This document shows, one piece after another, positions 1 through 15,220 of a stretch of 64,000 bases of DNA; positions within the stretch are counted from its first letter, which is position 1; each line of letters opens with the position of its first letter. This DNA is from Tubiluchus corallicola (Eukaryota; Animalia; Priapulida): the NCBI GenBank assembly GCA_030141605.1, contig JAQGDQ010000192.1, positions 124,001-188,000 on the forward strand. Reading direction: 5' to 3'. Below the pieces are notes generated by a model. The model ran no database searches. It worked only from the letters and a program-made list of their open reading frames with translations, and had not been told where the DNA came from. Made by a program: the position numbers and the translations under genes.

Positions 1-110
1 AAAGTCAGTTCCGTAAACTCCGCGATGAGAAGGGGGAAATAATGGTGGATGAGCAGCAACAAATACTTAAAAGAGGAAGAGCCTTTAGCTATGCAAATTT
101 TTTCCCAGAT
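1..110 (+). mobile_element. possible degenerate LINE ORF2 fragment (RTE-like linker between endonuclease and RT), cut by window edge
   Basis: Reads QFRKLRDEKGEIMVDEQQQILKRG, resembling the LINE 'I+D..G..L......IL.RW.EYF' segment; short and not extendable. Confidence 0.3.
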
Positions 111-2283
111 TTGTCTCCCTCATTAACATACAATAGCCAGTGGGTATATGGCAGATGAATCTACCCTGAAATATTGCTTGATAGTCACACCTTACTAACC
201 AGGTTTAGTGTTGCTTTACTTAATTCGCTTCACACACATCTAATGAGAAGTAAAAACTATTTGCCTGTGCTGTATGTCTACACGTGTAGTCATCCAGATT
301 TATGATAACATTCAAGATGTACGACCGAGGTTCTGTCATTCATAGCTTCTATAAGATAAACCTTTTCAGATTTTTTTCTTTGTGTATTGGTCAGTGCGAA
401 AAAAAGCTTTTTAGATTCCAATCTACGGTATAATAGGTTGCTGAACGGTATTTGCATGTTCGCTTCATAACAATGTTTTTTTAATTGCTATTGTTATTCT
501 TATTGTTATTATTATAAACAAATTGCTGTCTATATACCGTTCCGCGATTCACATCTTTAACATGCACATTATCATTGGCATCACAATCTCAACTTGAATC
601 TTCTTTAAATACATGTAAATTCACTACAAATCTCTTGATTGATAACAGTTCGGATAGTAACTATCTACGGACAACCGTTTATCTTTGGCGGCAGAGGGAA
701 CCTGAAACGTGATTGTGGGTGTTTAAGGCAATTAAACTTTTAGTAGCGCATATAATTTGGCATAATAAAGTCCGAGAATTTTGCGTTGCAGGTGGCTTAC
801 TTGTTTATATTGTATGTAAACATTACAATCATACTTTAATGTTTTCCACTTCCACTTCTACATGGATAGCTACCATATGTATTAATGTACTACTAATTCT
901 ACTATATGTAAAGGCGCAAGCCGTGTCGATCACTAAAACTTGAAAGATGATTAACCTTATGGAGAATATAATTCTTGCGTCTAGTTATAATGGATAATGT
1001 TAGTGGTAGTAGTTACAGTAATATACAGTGTATTGACAAAGACAGTGACAACGATGGTACAGAAACTTGGAAGTTTGATCATCAATTCATACGCACAAAG
1101 CAATTTTTTATATTTATAATGTAAAAAAATCATCATGTTCATTTGAATTAGATTTATATATGTTATTTCATCATTAATATTTTACATTAACTGGAAACTC
1201 ATTGTACGTAATGCTTACTCGACAACATTTGCTTAATGTGTACCCAAAAATATAATTGAGCAATATTAATAAATTTTGCAATGTTACAAAAATCAATAAA
1301 GCATTTTAAATCATAATTCATGTTGGAAATTAAAATTGTCATAAAAATTATCAACCCATCCGAGACCCTGCGAGTTTTAGTTTTGATTTGGAGTAAGACA
1401 GTTGTACCAGCAGCGGTACGAAACGAAATTTCTACGAAAATCAAAATATTGTAATGCACTAAAATAAAAAGAAGAAATATGTTGCACAAACATACATATA
1501 GAATTGTACTTACGAGTTGCAGCAAGAACAGCACGAAAATTATTTTGTATTCCATTCTCTCTAAGAGTTCTTCAAAATCTACACTGAATCTAAAAATGAT
1601 AAAATTCGTTAATGTTTTTTGTGAGTTGCTAAGGGTGAGGTGTGGGTTGTTTTGTAAGTGTGTTTCTCTCAGCGAACGACCTAATCAACCATTAAAAGTT
1701 TGGCTCTGATCACAGAGCTTGTTAAGGTTATCCGCTCGGTCGAGGGAACTGTTCAGTGAATTGTCTTCATGCATTATAAATAATAAAAGGTTTCGCTGCC
1801 AAACATAGAATATACATTGATGAATTTTGTTTTCGTCAATGAATTACCAATACCTTGCGCTAAAAATATCACCTTTTTTTCATTAAAAGTGACTTCGCTG
1901 GTTTGACTAACAGGAATATATAAGTTTTTTGCTTTGACACACAGAATTACGGCTTTTCTCTGCATGTTTAATACACGCTCTGATAAAGTATTTTTCAGTA
2001 AGTTTCGTTTACAGCGTGGTAAAATTGTATTTTTCTTATGTTAAGTCATTTATATGTCACTGAATATAAACTAACCAAATCACACATGGAAATAGGTCGT
2101 AAATTTAACGCACCACCCATGACCAACGTCAACGGAACGTCAATGTCAACAGAATTAACTCGTGCTGAGCCACTGTCCCTGCTTAATTCTATCTTGATGT
2201 AATTTCTTTATGAAATTCTACGTAAAAACAAATGAACAATATAAAATGAGGAAGGAGTTTACAATTACTCACACAGTTTAAAT

Positions 2284-2364
2284 ACCCTATCCCTATCCCT
2301 AACCCTCACCCTAACCCAACCCTAGCCCTAATCCTAATCCTAGTCCGAACCCTAATTCTAATCC
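2284..2364. repeat. degenerate interstitial telomere-like (CCCTAA)n/(TTAGGG)n tract
   Basis: ccctatccctatccctaaccctcaccctaacccaaccctagccctaatcctaatcctagtccgaaccctaattctaatcc, about 13 imperfect hexamers. Confidence 0.75.
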
Positions 2365-3394
2365 GTTTCACGAATTAATTTCTTGTGTGGGGGAAAAGTA
2401 AACTTTAGCCTAAAAGAAAAATTTGTCAGCAGGTCGAAAGGTTCAAGCAAGCATCATAATAAGCTCAACAACTTACACAGACTATATCAATCTCACCGAC
2501 TTACATAGTATTATAGAAAACCGTACAATATAAGTCAGCCGTAATGAGAAGTGCTTGGCAGCTTGAAAAGAACGAATAATCGTAATAACTCTGATGACCA
2601 GATCACTAATCTACTTTATTTGAGGTTACCCAGCCAGCTGCAGCATACATTCGTTTAAGGCTCACTTAAATTTCGAAGAATGATTTAGGCATTATAATGA
2701 ATCTCAGTTGAATGACTCAAAAGTTCCAATGGGGCGATTTCGTTATTCTTATGTACAGCTCTTCTCAAATAACTCAATGAATGTCATTTAATGTATACAT
2801 AATAACAACTGTTTAACTGGTTTATTTTTTTGTTTATTTAACTGGTGTGTACTATAACACCTTGAAACTTGAAATTGACACAAGACGACACCCTGAAATA
2901 GTTAAATGAGTTCACCGGATGAGATTTACTGATAGAAGGCTCAACTACCGTATGGTTTGTGTGATCAAATATTGAGTATCTGCCAATAAGTCATTTGGTG
3001 AATCCGTTACTATATCATGTATAACGTATATGAAACTATATTTGTACATAGTTATTAATAGTTAAACAGTAATATTAATTTCTGAATTACCATCTTACCT
3101 GCTTTTTTGGTGTTACGAAACCGCTTTTTAGCACAGAAGTATACGGTATGCTGTTGACGAGCTTGCGGCAACGCTGTTCTGACTAGAAAGAAAAATCGCC
3201 TACGACAGCACAAATCTTAAAAACCATGACATCATTAACTGAAGTTATTCTGACAGTTACATCCTGTCCTTGACCAATTTCGTACCCTGTATGTTTAAAA
3301 ATAAATTAGGAAAAATTTTCATCAAATGTCAAAGTAAAGTGAAAAAAAATGACGGCAACAGTAGTAGTAATGATAACAATATTAACTGATGCAG

Positions 3395-3515
3395 TGATGA
3401 TGACGGAACGACCCTGACGACGGCGATGATGATACGACGACAACAACAACGCAATGGCGACGAGGATTAAAACGACAATGATGATGATGATGATGATGAC
3501 AACGACGATGATGAG
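3395..3515. repeat. compound (GAY/CAA)n trinucleotide low-complexity tract
   Basis: gatgatgac/gacgac/caacaac runs. Confidence 0.8.
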
Positions 3516-3619
3516 GAAAGCTAATCACATTTCAAAAACTCTTTAGTTCTATCATCAGTTTTCTCTGCCTTATATTCAAATTAGCTGAGATATCTTACTA
3601 CATCATGAGTGAACAGTTA

Positions 3620-4290
3620 TTTTGAGTGTGTTTCAAACTTAGACATGACCTTGTCCAGCAGGAGACTTTTCCACAATTGTCCACACTAGTTTAGCTATGA
3701 CACGTCTATCAAATATGAATAAGTGGAAGTGGCTTCAGTTTTGCGGGAATATTGTGTAAGCCTTCTAGGGTGCTCGGCCTTTACGCTCCTGACGTTGGGT
3801 TAATAATTTGTTGAATTTTAATTTTAGAAGATCATTTGACCAATAGTATTTTTATTTAAATTAGGCCTACTTAAAAAATGAAATAATTATTTTTGATGGG
3901 CTATTTGTTGAAATCATTTTACACTATTTTCACGGCTTTAGCCCTTTGGGCTAATTGGTGAAAGGTAGATTGTAATTGGTTGAACATTCAAAAAGTTATC
4001 AAGCTTTTTGGCTTACTATTACATAATAGATTGCAAGTCATAACAGAGTTGTGTGAATTCTACAAATCACTTATCACGGGTTTAAGGCGATGGTTATGGC
4101 GAGTCTCCATGTTTAATCAGGTCCCTGGAGCAAAGCAAAAAAACTTTCTAAAATTCATGACGTTAATAAAAGCTTATATAATAATATCAAGGACATGGCA
4201 TGGTATAGGTTTGGGAAAAAATGGAAAAAGAACTACTGCTGCGGGATATGTACTTTTTCACTTTAGGAAATGCGAATTCTGGTGACACCG
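3620..4290 (-). mobile_element. highly decayed CR1/L2-like LINE 3' remnants
   Basis: Minus-strand fragments resemble the C-terminal 'TRGH..KL ... F..RVI..WN.LP ... FK' LINE segment (e.g. ETRHNHRLKP; LIDVS/RVIAKL) with stops and frameshifts. Confidence 0.3.
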
Positions 4291-4593
4291 ACATGTCGCT
4301 TTCCTTGGCCTTTAGCATGCTATGAAAGACAGGGCCCATGTATGTTCATGCAAACAACATTAAATAGTTCATTTGAAGTTCATAAAGCTGCTGAGAGCGA
4401 CAAAAGTATGGATAACGATTAGTATTGTGCTCAAAATCTGCAGAAGTCTAATTTTTAAATAATTAATTTATTGGTGCGGCAGCACATTGCAATACAATTC
4501 ACTATAATAAATTACAAACACATTACAAGTAGATCCAAAAAACCACACAGACAGTACCTCGCACGGAGGGTATAATCGTCATACATAATAACA

Positions 4594-8033
<3,440 letters not shown>

Positions 8034-8559
8034 CATACATAATATAAATACATAGGTAAAATGGGGTAATGTCGGACAATGAGTTTTACGTCTTCCTAAA
8101 ATCCATTAAGTTTCCTGTATGTTGTTTTTTTCCTTTCATTGTTAAAACTGCCACATCACATCTTTAGACTGGCTTGTTCACCAGTGCCTAGCAGTTCGTC
8201 TTCTAGCAGCCGTATAGTCGTGAACATACAAGCTCGCTTGATAAGTACGTTCATTCTTAATCGTATTAACTTTTTTTTAATTTCTGATAAACAGACTTAA
8301 CGCAATAATTATTTACATCAGCCTCTTCAGAAGTGGTTTATTTTACTTATTTTAAGTTACTTCTTCCCTGATCACGCGCGCGATCACACTCTAGCAGAGT
8401 TTCATACTCTGCACACTAAATTCACGGCAATTATGTAAGTTTTTATGTCTTTTTAGAAATGTGGCAAATGAAAATATTACTAACTTAATGTAGAATTTAG
8501 ATAAAAAATTAGATATTTTAAAAAACATAATAAGTCTATAACACAAAATAAAATGCTTG

Positions 8560-10400
8560 TTTTATTATTTTTAGTTTTTATTTATTGACATTTATACTTA
8601 TATTAAAATATTGTAAAAGGAAGAATTAGCACGCGCAAGCTCACTTACGACGATCATACAAAACATAAAATGACGCACAAAAATAAAATCTGTAAAAGCA
8701 ATACCCTAAAATTGAAAATATCTCTTTAAAAGGCTCCTAATACCATCTTAAGATCACAGACGAGACGTCTTAATTCGAGTGGTTACAATTTTAGTTCTGA
8801 TAGTTTGTCTAAATAAGAAACATAATTAAATTGATGCTCTTGGTACAGCCTACGAGAACCTTTTCAATGCTGCCAATATCTTGCATATGGTGCGGGGACC
8901 ACACTGATGAGCAGTACTCCAACAATGGACTCACATCAGCTTTATAAGCAGTCAAAAGTGCATTTTTGTTTTTAGTGTAGAAACACCAAAAATCATATTT
9001 ACCATACGAAAAGTTTCTTAAACATATTTACAATGTGCCGAGAATTTCAAATCGTATGATATTATAACACTCAAGTCATTACATTCGTTTCTATGCGTAA
9101 GAGGGGTGCCATCAAGGGAATACTGAAGATCATGTTTGCCAAATCCTAAATGAAGCATGGCATTCTTATGCGCCGTTATATTAAGTTGCCATTTGTAGGA
9201 CCAGTCATATAATTGGTCGATAGCACAACACAATAATAAATGGTCGGAACATGAGGCATACATTTTCAAATCATCAGCATATAATTTACAAGTAGCAGGA
9301 TCTAAGTCATTAATGTATGAAACATGTAAAAGGGGTCCCAATATACTAACCTGTGGTGTGCTGAGATTATGGATTTCCAGTTTCCATTACGAAAAGGCGG
9401 GACCCACCATGACACGCTGTGTTTGATTGGACGGAAAATTTTTGATCCAGTCATACAAATTGCCAGAGATATAATAACTACGCAATTTAACAAATAATTC
9501 AGAATGTACAACACTGTCAAATACTTTGGCTCAATCAAAGTATATCACATCGAGTTTTTACCTTTATCCAACAAATTACACCAATCATTAACACTTTCTA
9601 ACAGTTATGTACATGTAGATTTGCTTTTAAGAAAGCCGTGTTGGGCTTTTGTGATTAAATCATTCCATGACTTTACAAGTAATACATGTTAATGAAATGG
9701 GCCTATAATTGTTCGAGTCTGATGGATCTCCTTTTTTAAATTCCTGAATAATGTGCGCTGTTAAGCTGTTAACCATGAGGCAGTATGTGAGGAGAAACTA
9801 GCAAACTGAAGATTTTTGCAAGTGGCACACAAAGTTGATTAGCCACTTTTGCAAATAACAAGCTAAGAAGCCCGTCAGGAGTATGGCTTGTTTTATGTTT
9901 TAGATTCGTTAACAGAGTTTTTACTGATGATGGCATGGCTTCATCAGTAAACATTACTTAAACAAGTGTCTTCACTGACCCTGGTTTCAAAGGCGAGCAC
10001 CAAATTATCATCTAATGTGTAATTTTGTGAGAAAACAGTCGATAAAATTTCAGCCTTATTGTTGTCATCTACTATGGAACCGCCATTGTGGTTCAAAGGG
10101 CCTACACCAGATTTATAGTTTCTTTTTCCGTTAAAATATTTAAAAGGACTATTGCCACACTACTATTGCCCGAGTTCAAAATCAAATTTTCACGTTCTCG
10201 GGCTGATTCAAATTTAGCTTTAGATACCTCTTTAGCACATTTCTCGTACAAAAATTTTCCTCTTGGCGTGTGACGTCTGTGCCAAAGAAGTTTCTTTACG
10301 TCATGAATTTCTTTCGTTGGCAAAGCAAATCTAACTTTTTTAGCATGGCAATTTAGCAATTTTTTACCGTGCCAATTTTACTTGTGCCATTTTTACCATG
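8560..10400 (-). mobile_element. decayed CR1/Jockey-group LINE ORF2 (reverse transcriptase), 5'-truncated, with frameshifts and stops
   Basis: ORF 9018..9341 has GPLL..YINDL...KLYADDLK...WSYKWQLNI...LHLG...DLSVIISYDLKFSAHC. Further on: VSPLLEYCSSVWSPHHMQDIGSIEKV (~8935-8860) and TPDGL..LLFAKVANQLCVPLAKIF (9769..9954). A-rich tail with AATAAA near 8560-8590 on the minus strand. Confidence 0.88.
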
Positions 10401-11169
10401 CATGGCAGTACATTCCTATACAGTTTCCAGAAGTGGCAGTTAGAGCAGCAGTGCTACATGAATAGGTGTCAAACGTGGCGAGTAATATTCCTAATTTGTA
10501 TACGTACAGCAATAAAGGTAAGGTAATTTAAGGGAAATTACAACTGGTGCTTCTAAACAACTTGCTGCTTTTGCATCCGAAAGCGAACCAATCTAGCCAT
10601 TTTGTTTTCGGGTATTTTGTGTTCATTAGGGGAGAACAATAGGTGCCTACCCATGAGGCAAAACGTGCTGAGTTGCTGACCTATGAAAACGTTACAAGAA
10701 GCTGAGTAAAATGGTACGGCAAAGGTACGCAAAAATACTGTAATTTGGAACCGTAACTTTAAGTTTTTTTTTCGTACCGTACCGTAATTTCATACCACAA
10801 CCAACTGTGGCTACTGGCAATGCTAAAAGTTGAATGCTGAACAATTTATGAAAGGTTTCGATGTTTAGGTTGACATGTATCTGTCATAATCAGGTAAAAT
10901 TTAATACTATTGCAAACAATTTAGCTCTGCTACTTCGTTGTGGGCAAAAGTAGCGCGTCAGTAGTGTCTGCTTGAAATGAAATAATTTTATGAAGCCAAT
11001 GCATTTGTGCACCAGGTAAAGCAAAAATAAAAAGTGTTTTAATTAACGTCATCAGAAAGAGTTTGTTACGGGAATTTTGAAGTTTTGCACTTTTTAAAAT
11101 CAACCAGAACACATAAACTTTTTAGTGGTGGAAGAAGTAGGAATTTCTTGTAGAATATGATGCCTCCAA

Positions 11170-11225
11170 AAAATTTGTTGCCCAGGCAACTGCCTAGTTT
11201 GCCTAGTGGTAGAGCTGGCCCTTGA
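11170..11225. mobile_element. possible terminal sequence of a hAT-type MITE (one end only)
   Basis: 'gcccaggcaactgcctagtttgcctagtggtagagctggcccttg' resembles subterminal/TIR motifs of CAGGGCC-type hAT MITEs; partner end not found. Confidence 0.3.
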
Positions 11226-11977
11226 TGCTCTTATGAAGATTGAAATATATATATATACCGATATCGAAAGTTCAAATATTGGTCAATATGGGCGACATGT
11301 GCATTGCTTCATCGTTTTAATGAAAGTGTATAAGTGAACAGTTACTATAGCATGTTCTCGTGAATATAAATCGAAATCTTAGCTTTATTATTCTTTTTTT
11401 ATTTTGGTCAAAGTGGTCTATGGTCGATGTGGGCGTTGTATGCGTTGCTTTCTTGGTAATTTTGTTAGCATCGCTCGTGTCATTTGCAGACGGTGGGTAC
11501 TTTCGTTTAATTTTATTTAACAACCTATTTACAATTAGCCAGGTGCAGACGAATTATCGAAAAATGTTTGCTATTCGTTTGATTTTTTATTAATCCTACT
11601 CAGTAAGCAATTCTCCCGTTCTTAATTAATTATATAGCCCCTAGATGTTTCTCGAATGCGTTATGTCACCAGAGTAACTGGTGTAATAACTTATTTCTTC
11701 AAGAACTTGGTTATTTATTTTATTTTATTTTTGGGGATAAGAACTTAAGAAATAAAAGCGGAAAAATAGATTATAATATTAGATGCCTAGAAAAAAGTTT
11801 CAATACTCGCATTTTTTATCTATTTAGAATACGTTTTAATTCTAGCAAGTCTGTCAGTCAAGTCTGTGCTAAACAATGAAAAAGTCAACTGTGCACAGAA
11901 ATCTACGGTTTGTATGTTTTGTGACGTGTCTCTCTAATGTTGGTTCATTTAACTTGAAAAACTTAGTCAAACAATAG

Positions 11978-12233
11978 TGGAATAAATTTACGTTTGTCGA
12001 ATTGTGAAAACAATCTTGCTCGAAAGAAAAGAAAAGTGAAAAAGCCCGGACACAGGCTAGATTTGCACTAAGAATCTCTCGTTTACAAGGCCAGCGCCAT
12101 GGCTAATAGACTACCTTGCAGTCGTCATTATTTCGTCTTGTAATAGTTGTTTCAAATCCGGGCTGTGTCCTGCTTTTTCGAATTTTCTTTCCTTCGAGCA
12201 AGTTTGGTTTCAAGCAGCTGTGGGTTTATTCCA
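11978..12233. mobile_element. head-to-head inverted pair of tRNA-derived SINE-like copies forming a ~85-bp-arm imperfect inverted repeat
   Basis: Arm 11978-12065 matches the reverse complement of 12153-12233 (tggaataaa...cttgctcgaa.gaaa.gaaa...gaaaaagc..ggacacag.c..gatttg). The minus strand from 12115 reads GGTAGTCTATTAGCCATGGCGCTGGCCTTGTAAACGAGAGATTCTTAGTGCAAATCT, with A-box-, anticodon-arm- and B-box-like parts. Confidence 0.6.
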
Positions 12234-12408
12234 TTTATCAGAGTAATAATTTTGAAATTAAGTTTTGAATAAATTTTCTATTTTGCCAAGGACGATACCA
12301 GAAATCTTTTTTACAGTATACTTGTTTGACAATGATTTTAATAGAAACTTAGTCATTGCTATTCAATACGTTGACTCTATCGCTGGTAAGCTGTAAGTAG
12401 GCAATATG

Positions 12409-12918
12409 TCATTGAGTTCTAGGTGAGTCGATTTTCATCATAATAAACTCGGAACCATTAACGTTTTCAATTTGCTTTCTTGTCTCGACATCAGAATAAA
12501 TGTTTTTAGAGAAGATCGCGCTGTCGTTCCATAGATTTTTAAAATAATCAGCGTCTTTTTTACAGAACATTTTCATGATAATAGATCGGAAAGCTTTCCG
12601 GAAGTCGCTGTATCCATACGCGTATAAGAGAGGATTCACCGCACTATTTACATGTGAAAGAACAATACAAACGTTCAACAATGTTTCCGGTATAACACAA
12701 TAATTACAGAAATATGCAATGGTGTTTATCGTATAGAGGGGAATCCACGAAATTGCGAAGAAAAGGATTATGATGACTAAACTTTTCACGTTTCTAATTT
12801 CTCTTCTTCTTTTTTCATTCATCCTATCTTGTTGTGTACACACTGAGAAGCTGCCGCCATCTGTCGACATGTCTTGTGGTAACTGAGACGTACTCATACT
12901 AATAGTTTGCTTACTCAT
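12409..12918 (-). CDS. AdoR: adenosine receptor coding exon 2 (ICL3, TM6, TM7, C-tail, stop)
   Basis: Acceptor tttattttcag directly before 12918; REIRNVKSLVIIILFFAISWIPLYTIN...SHVNSAVNPLLYAY; TGA ending at 12409. Confidence 0.93.
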   Translation of the reverse strand: MSKQTISMSTSQLPQDMSTDGGSFSVCTQQDRMNEKRRREIRNVKSLVIIILFFAISWIPLYTINTIAYFCNYCVIPETLLNVCIVLSHVNSAVNPLLYAYGYSDFRKAFRSIIMKMFCKKDADYFKNLWNDSAIFSKNIYSDVETRKQIENVNGSEFIMMKIDSPRTQ

Positions 12919-15108
12919 CTGAAAATAAATTCAAAAAAATGGATGCTAAAAAGACATCAGGAGTTTATTTCAGAACGATATAATTAAGCCTTTTTCTATA
13001 GCGTAATAAGTATTAAGCAATATTATTTATAAATTTTTATGCTGCTGCCATCTTTTGACTGTTTCGTCAACTCATACAATACATTTTATAAATAATCTGA
13101 TCTGATTTTGTTTGTGTGAACAAATGTTTTACCTGTAAAGTAACCCTATTATTATATTAACTTATACTTTTTATTTTAGGCAAAAAATCCCTATTACAAA
13201 TATTTACATAATTACAGAAAAAACTAAGATAAAATTGATGCAATAAAAATAATTGCACATTCACTAAAATGGCCCTAAATTAAACTTTCGGGTATAAAGA
13301 TTCATTGAGTAGCGCTCTAGCTGAAATAAAAATAGAAGTAGAAGCTCTATAAGTAGAAGCTTGAGGATGTAAATGTATACACGTAAAATTTTGAATAATT
13401 TAGGGTTAATAAAAGCTGTGTAGAATGTCACTTGGAGGAAAATATATTTCTTTATATATATATTGAATAATATTTCGATTTCTTTCAATGAATTGACGCA
13501 TGGTGCGAACACTTGGGCTTCACGAAGATTAGTATTTAAGACTACAAATTACTATAGATAATTTTTGTAAACTTATATCTAATATGATTTATAAGTCAGA
13601 ACTATTGTAGTCAAACTAGTATAGTAATCATTGTTCGTTTGTTTGTAGGGGCTGCTTTTCTTAGTTGTGTTGTTGTCTGATTTAGAGTAAGTGAACAGCT
13701 GAGCGATTACGTCGTCACAGTGCGCACATAGCGATCGAAGTTAACTAACGTTGGCCTGATTAGTAATTAGGTGACTGACTATCAGAAAAATCACATCTGG
13801 GTGTTTTAAAATAACGTTCTGCCTCCAGCTAGTTCTTTCGTTAAAGTGCGAACTGTACATATCCAAATGTGACAACGACGCAGAATTCATGGTAAGACAC
13901 CAGAATCTTCGTAAGTTCACTATTTTATGCATGAAGATTAATTGTTAATAATTAACTAGATTCCGGTTCTGCCACAACTATAAGTTGGCCCTGCCACAGA
14001 GAGCCGAAATGAGATTTGCATGTAATATAATTTTGTGTGTATTGTTGATGTGAACGCAAAGCTGACTCAAATTATTTAATTACCAAGTAGAAATTGGTTT
14101 AGAAAGTATTTTGATAGGCGTTCCACACACTGCTTGGAGTAGGAAGGGTAGGAAGTTAAACTGTTGTGGGCAAAAGGCGCAATCTAAGTCACTTTAATTA
14201 GCTTTCCGAGTTTTTGTTGTTCAAAAGAAATGTTGTGCTGTTTATTGCGTCATTTAGCAGCCAATAATGTTATGCGTGTTATTGGACTTCGGTACTTCGT
14301 CGAGCGAATAACAAAGGGTTGACGTTTTACTTCGAGCGAACTATTTAACCCCGGCTTTGCCATTAATGTTTATTTTGAAAAAACTTACCTTCTTAACGAC
14401 GTTTCGTACTTCACAATAGATTCGCGCATAAAACACGGCCATGAGAATACAGGGAGCTAATATTGTTGCAAAATACAGAAATGCTAAATATGATAAATCC
14501 ATCACTTCCATAAAATAGCATCTAGGTTCTGGTGGTGGTCCTTCATTCCAACCCATTAATGGCAGCAACCCGATCAGGGTGCCAAGTAACCAACATAGCA
14601 AAATAGAATATATTCTTCGCCGAGAGGTGGCGGAACTATGATAGTGCAATGGCATTATTATAGCCCAAAACTTGTCTGCCGACACGGTTACTAGGCATAA
14701 TATCGAAACAGTGCACAGGAGGACGAGAGTTGAATTCATGAATATACATCCATTAAAGTTCCGTGGTAAGCCAACACTAGTTAATATGGCAAACGGAATG
14801 CCAAGAATACCAACCAATAAATCCGCCACTGCAAGACTAGTCACATAATAAATAGTTGTATTTTTTCGAAGTCTTCTATATAATATAAAACTGAGTATTG
14901 TCAAACTATTACCAGCTATGGTTAATACTGCGACAATAATTTCAATTGCTATATAGGCAAGATCACGATGATGAATTTTTGGATATAAGACGTCTGGCGT
15001 TGATGTCCTTGTATCCTGCCATGTAGTGTTGTTGTATTCACTAACGTTGGTGAAGAGCGTAGAGAAGTTCGTAACAAACTGTTCAGAAAAGTAGATAGTT
15101 GCATTCAT
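12409..15108 (-). CDS. AdoR: adenosine receptor (A2/AdoR-like class A GPCR), join(15108..14389,12918..12409), 409 aa
   Basis: Seven TM segments with adenosine-receptor signatures: YIAIE (E1.39), GNSL, SLAVADLLVGILGIPFAI, LLCTVSI, IGLLPLMGWN, CYFMEV (ECL2 Phe), WIPLYTIN (N6.55), LSHVNSAVNPLLYA (S7.42/H7.43, NPxxY), DFRKAF helix 8. Phase-0 intron AAG|GTAAGT (14389/14388) to TTTCAG|ATG (12919/12918). Confidence 0.93.
14389..15108 (-). CDS. AdoR: adenosine receptor coding exon 1 (N-terminus, TM1-TM5), 240 codons
   Basis: ATG at 15108 in AAAAATG context, N-terminus with several N-glycosylation sequons (NAT, NFS, NVS, NNT), donor GTAAGT at 14388. The ORF-track tail VSFFKIN... is intronic. Confidence 0.93.
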
Positions 15109-15220
15109 TTTTTGCCACTTTTGCGTTTCTTACAGGCTAATGTGCTGACTAACTATTCAGAACATCATAATGTTGCATTCTTGACAGCCAGTTCGAGTTC
15201 AGATTCTAGAAATAAAAATA
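15109..15220 (-). promoter_or_regulatory. putative 5'UTR portion of AdoR with splice acceptor (exon start 15205) and two short uORFs
   Basis: Minus strand tatttttatttctag|aatctg. uORFs: ATG 15178..15149 (MQHYDVLNS*) and ATG 15168..15157 (MMF*). Confidence 0.5.

Noticed and set aside
14341-14388. C-terminal VSFFKININGKAGVK of the 255-aa ORF, and the 169-aa ORF as a separate gene
   Set aside because: A canonical GTAAGT donor at 14388 and an in-phase acceptor at 12919 join the two into one 7-TM receptor.
12409-15108. GPCR as the cognate receptor of the neighbouring FGLamide peptides
   Set aside because: It carries adenosine-receptor pocket residues and motifs; AST-A receptors belong to the galanin-receptor-like group.
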